A DNA stretch of 64,000 nt. Source: Chrysomallon squamiferum. Its lineage: Eukaryota > Animalia > Mollusca. Location of the stretch: NCBI GenBank assembly GCA_012295275.1, contig CM022665.1, forward strand, positions 20,274,001 to 20,338,000, given 5' to 3'. This document shows, one piece after another, positions 62,383 to 64,000 of this stretch. Made by a program: the position numbers and the translations under genes. How positions within the stretch are numbered: position 1 is the stretch's first letter; every line of letters starts with the position of its first letter. The notes below the pieces were generated by a model. It was not told the origin of the DNA. It searched no databases and worked only from the letters and a program-made list of their open reading frames with translations.

Positions 62383-63600
62383 GTAAAGAAATGTTGAATA
62401 AATAAATGTGCATTACAAAAATAAAATAGACATTAGATAAGAATATAAAAATAAGAGAATATTTATTAAATATTTCAGAGCCAATAGAATACCCAAGACA
62501 ATTAACAAATATGTAAAGAAAAAGAAAGTTTTAAAGCAACAACACAAAATAATAATAATAATGAAAATGATACTGAAAATGATGACGAAATTAATGACAA
62601 CAAAAATTATAATAACAACAACAAAAACAACAAGAACAAAAATAATAACAACAACATCAAGCACAACAACAGCAGCAGCAACACCATCACCAACAATAAT
62701 GCTAATAATAACTAACAAAACTGCTCACCAAAGTTAACCCTATCGCTGTCTTTGTTCCAGGAGCGACCACGAAGCCATCATCTTCTGGAAAGGGCATGTA
62801 ACTCTGATTGTGAATCACCAACTTGATTCCAGCGTCGGGAGAAAGATCAGCAATATACTCCGCGTGTTCAATATACAGTTCCAACATGAGCCCTAAAATA
62901 TCAAATTTTATATCAAATGTTAGACATACAGTTCTGAAATATTGATATTTTATATCAAATATTAAATATATATGAGAAATGAAATATCGATATTTTATAT
63001 CAAATATTAGACATACATAATTACCATAATATCGATATTTTATATCAAATATTAGACATACTGTTGTTCGTATTAAATGTTCGGTATATGATGTTGTTTT
63101 AATATTTAACAATATTCCCCCAGAAACTACCCCAATTTTTTATAACGTGTTTTTAAATAAGAAAAATGTATGTATAAATGACAAATAAAAGACGATGTAA
63201 AGAAATAAATTGGTTTTGTAAAGTGTACAGGGTTAGGGTTTCTCCATCTTTTCATGGACAGAGGTCCGCAGCTTAGAAATTATTTTAACGCCTTTGGCTG
63301 GAGTCTTTATCGAGTCCTTCAGCTTCAGTATGGTACATATCGTAAAAGTACCACGCTCGTACTGCCTAGCCGTGTTGGTCGGATTTTGCGTTGTTCGGTG
63401 CGTAAACTAGCGGCGGCATATCTGAAACTCGCTCGTAACTCGGATTTTGGCTCGCAACTTAAAGCAATATATATATATATATATATACTTTCTTACCGTA
63501 CGTTGGTCCGGTTTTCTTTGTAGTTTTTATTGTTCCTTCTTTTCCCGAATTGAACGTGTAGCAGTTTCCGTGTTTGGCGTTAGAGAAATAGGAAAAATTT
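58243..63600 (-). CDS. DEG/ENaC (amiloride-sensitive sodium channel/ASIC/degenerin family) subunit, 3' part; 5' exons outside window
   Basis: Exons 63600-63497, 62892-62729, 62092-61973, 61445-61292, 60922-60844, 60108-60051, 59565-59474, 59135-59060, 58428-58243 join in phase. Motifs: HGNCYTFN, GLMLEL, AGIKLVIH...PFP, PYGNC, Cys-rich thumb (CFKTC...CRC), WPS, LKVEVYY, and TM2 LLADIGGQLGLYLGLSVVTLFE. Confidence 0.93.
59060..59135 (-). CDS. DEG/ENaC exon (ENVLKVEVYYRKLNFE)
   Basis: tttcag acceptor; gtg|gtaagt donor. Confidence 0.9.
59474..59565 (-). CDS. DEG/ENaC exon (EEVYMKISKKDW...)
   Basis: tctctcag acceptor; ag|gtaaaa donor; phase fits both neighbours. Confidence 0.82.
60051..60108 (-). 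CDS. DEG/ENaC exon (YNAEISSSLWPS)
   Basis: cttctag acceptor; ta|gtgagt donor. Confidence 0.88.
60844..60922 (-). CDS. DEG/ENaC exon (TCIEEV...CSEKCKTSC)
   Basis: tttacag acceptor; ga|gtaaga donor. Confidence 0.88.
61292..61445 (-). CDS. DEG/ENaC exon (ACFKTCFQ...CRCC)
   Basis: ttccag acceptor; a|gtaagt donor. Confidence 0.9.
61973..62092 (-). CDS. DEG/ENaC exon (PPYGNC)
   Basis: tttacag acceptor; agg|gtacgt donor; 40 codons. Confidence 0.9.
62729..62892 (-). CDS. DEG/ENaC exon (GLMLELYIE...AGIKLVIHNQ)
   Basis: ttttag acceptor; ttg|gtgagc donor. Confidence 0.92.
62896..63062. repeat. ~40-bp tandem repeat (4 copies) abutting a DEG/ENaC acceptor
   Basis: Repeated atatcgatattttatatcaaatattagacatac. 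Confidence 0.8.
63497..63600 (-). CDS. DEG/ENaC exon (HGNCYTFNSG)
   Basis: ttttcag acceptor; g|gtaaga donor. Confidence 0.92.
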
Positions 63601-64000
63601 CTGAAAATATGTAAATGCAATAAAATGTTAACATGACAAATAAATAACTACTAAATAAGAAGAAGAAGAAGAAATAAGCAACACTATTTAAATAAATAAA
63701 TAAATAAATAATCATCTACGTTATTTTTCACCTTATGTATATTGCGAATATCCGAATCTCTTTTTTTCCTATTTATTCGGAAAAACACCGAAAATATACG
63801 ATGTATGGACACCTTTCCGAGTCCCGATTGTTTTTCAGTGGCTATGTCTCTTAGATCAGCGGACACGAACAGTACGTTTTATTGTTATTTCACTGCTACA
63901 GCGGCTAGTCATATCGATTTGTTTTCCCCAAAATAAATAATCTTATTATTGTACGGCAGCTTTATGCAATATGTAGGGTGTGTTGTTTTTGCTGAATCAC

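Noticed and set aside
63230-63241. Telomere-like gggttagggtt (also taaccctaacc at ~9351)
   Set aside because: Fewer than two full units; compatible with chance.

Overview
AT-rich, microsatellite-rich eukaryotic (animal) genomic DNA with GT-AG spliceosomal introns; a lophotrochozoan such as a mollusc is plausible but is inference. I assembled five protein-coding genes by hand from splice sites and reading-frame phase. (1) A + strand ~1046-aa protein with a ~700-aa disordered RGR/acidic N-terminus and a C-terminal CCR4/Angel/nocturnin/PDE12-type EEP domain (709-10971). (2) A - strand TNFAIP3/A20-like OTU deubiquitinase with eight A20-type zinc fingers and an internal decapeptide array (15799-20578), with kB sites at its promoter. 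(3) A + strand FAAH2-like amidase (23523-28624), head-to-head with A20. (4) A + strand three-exon gene (39790-52245) for a ~211-aa protein with a HEY-like Orange domain but no recognisable bHLH and no WRPW/YRPW tail; this is the most unusual item, a candidate Orange-only modulator of HES/HEY factors. (5) The 3' part of a - strand DEG/ENaC channel gene (58243-63600, continuing beyond the window). Non-coding structure includes a ~0.7-kb-arm inverted duplication (33344-38139), a hAT-type MITE, tandem arrays built from duplicated splice junctions, a second distal kB/STAT module, and an apparent switch from CpG-poor to CpG-retaining DNA near 29.5-31 kb. Most short ORFs in the supplied track are microsatellite or antisense artefacts.
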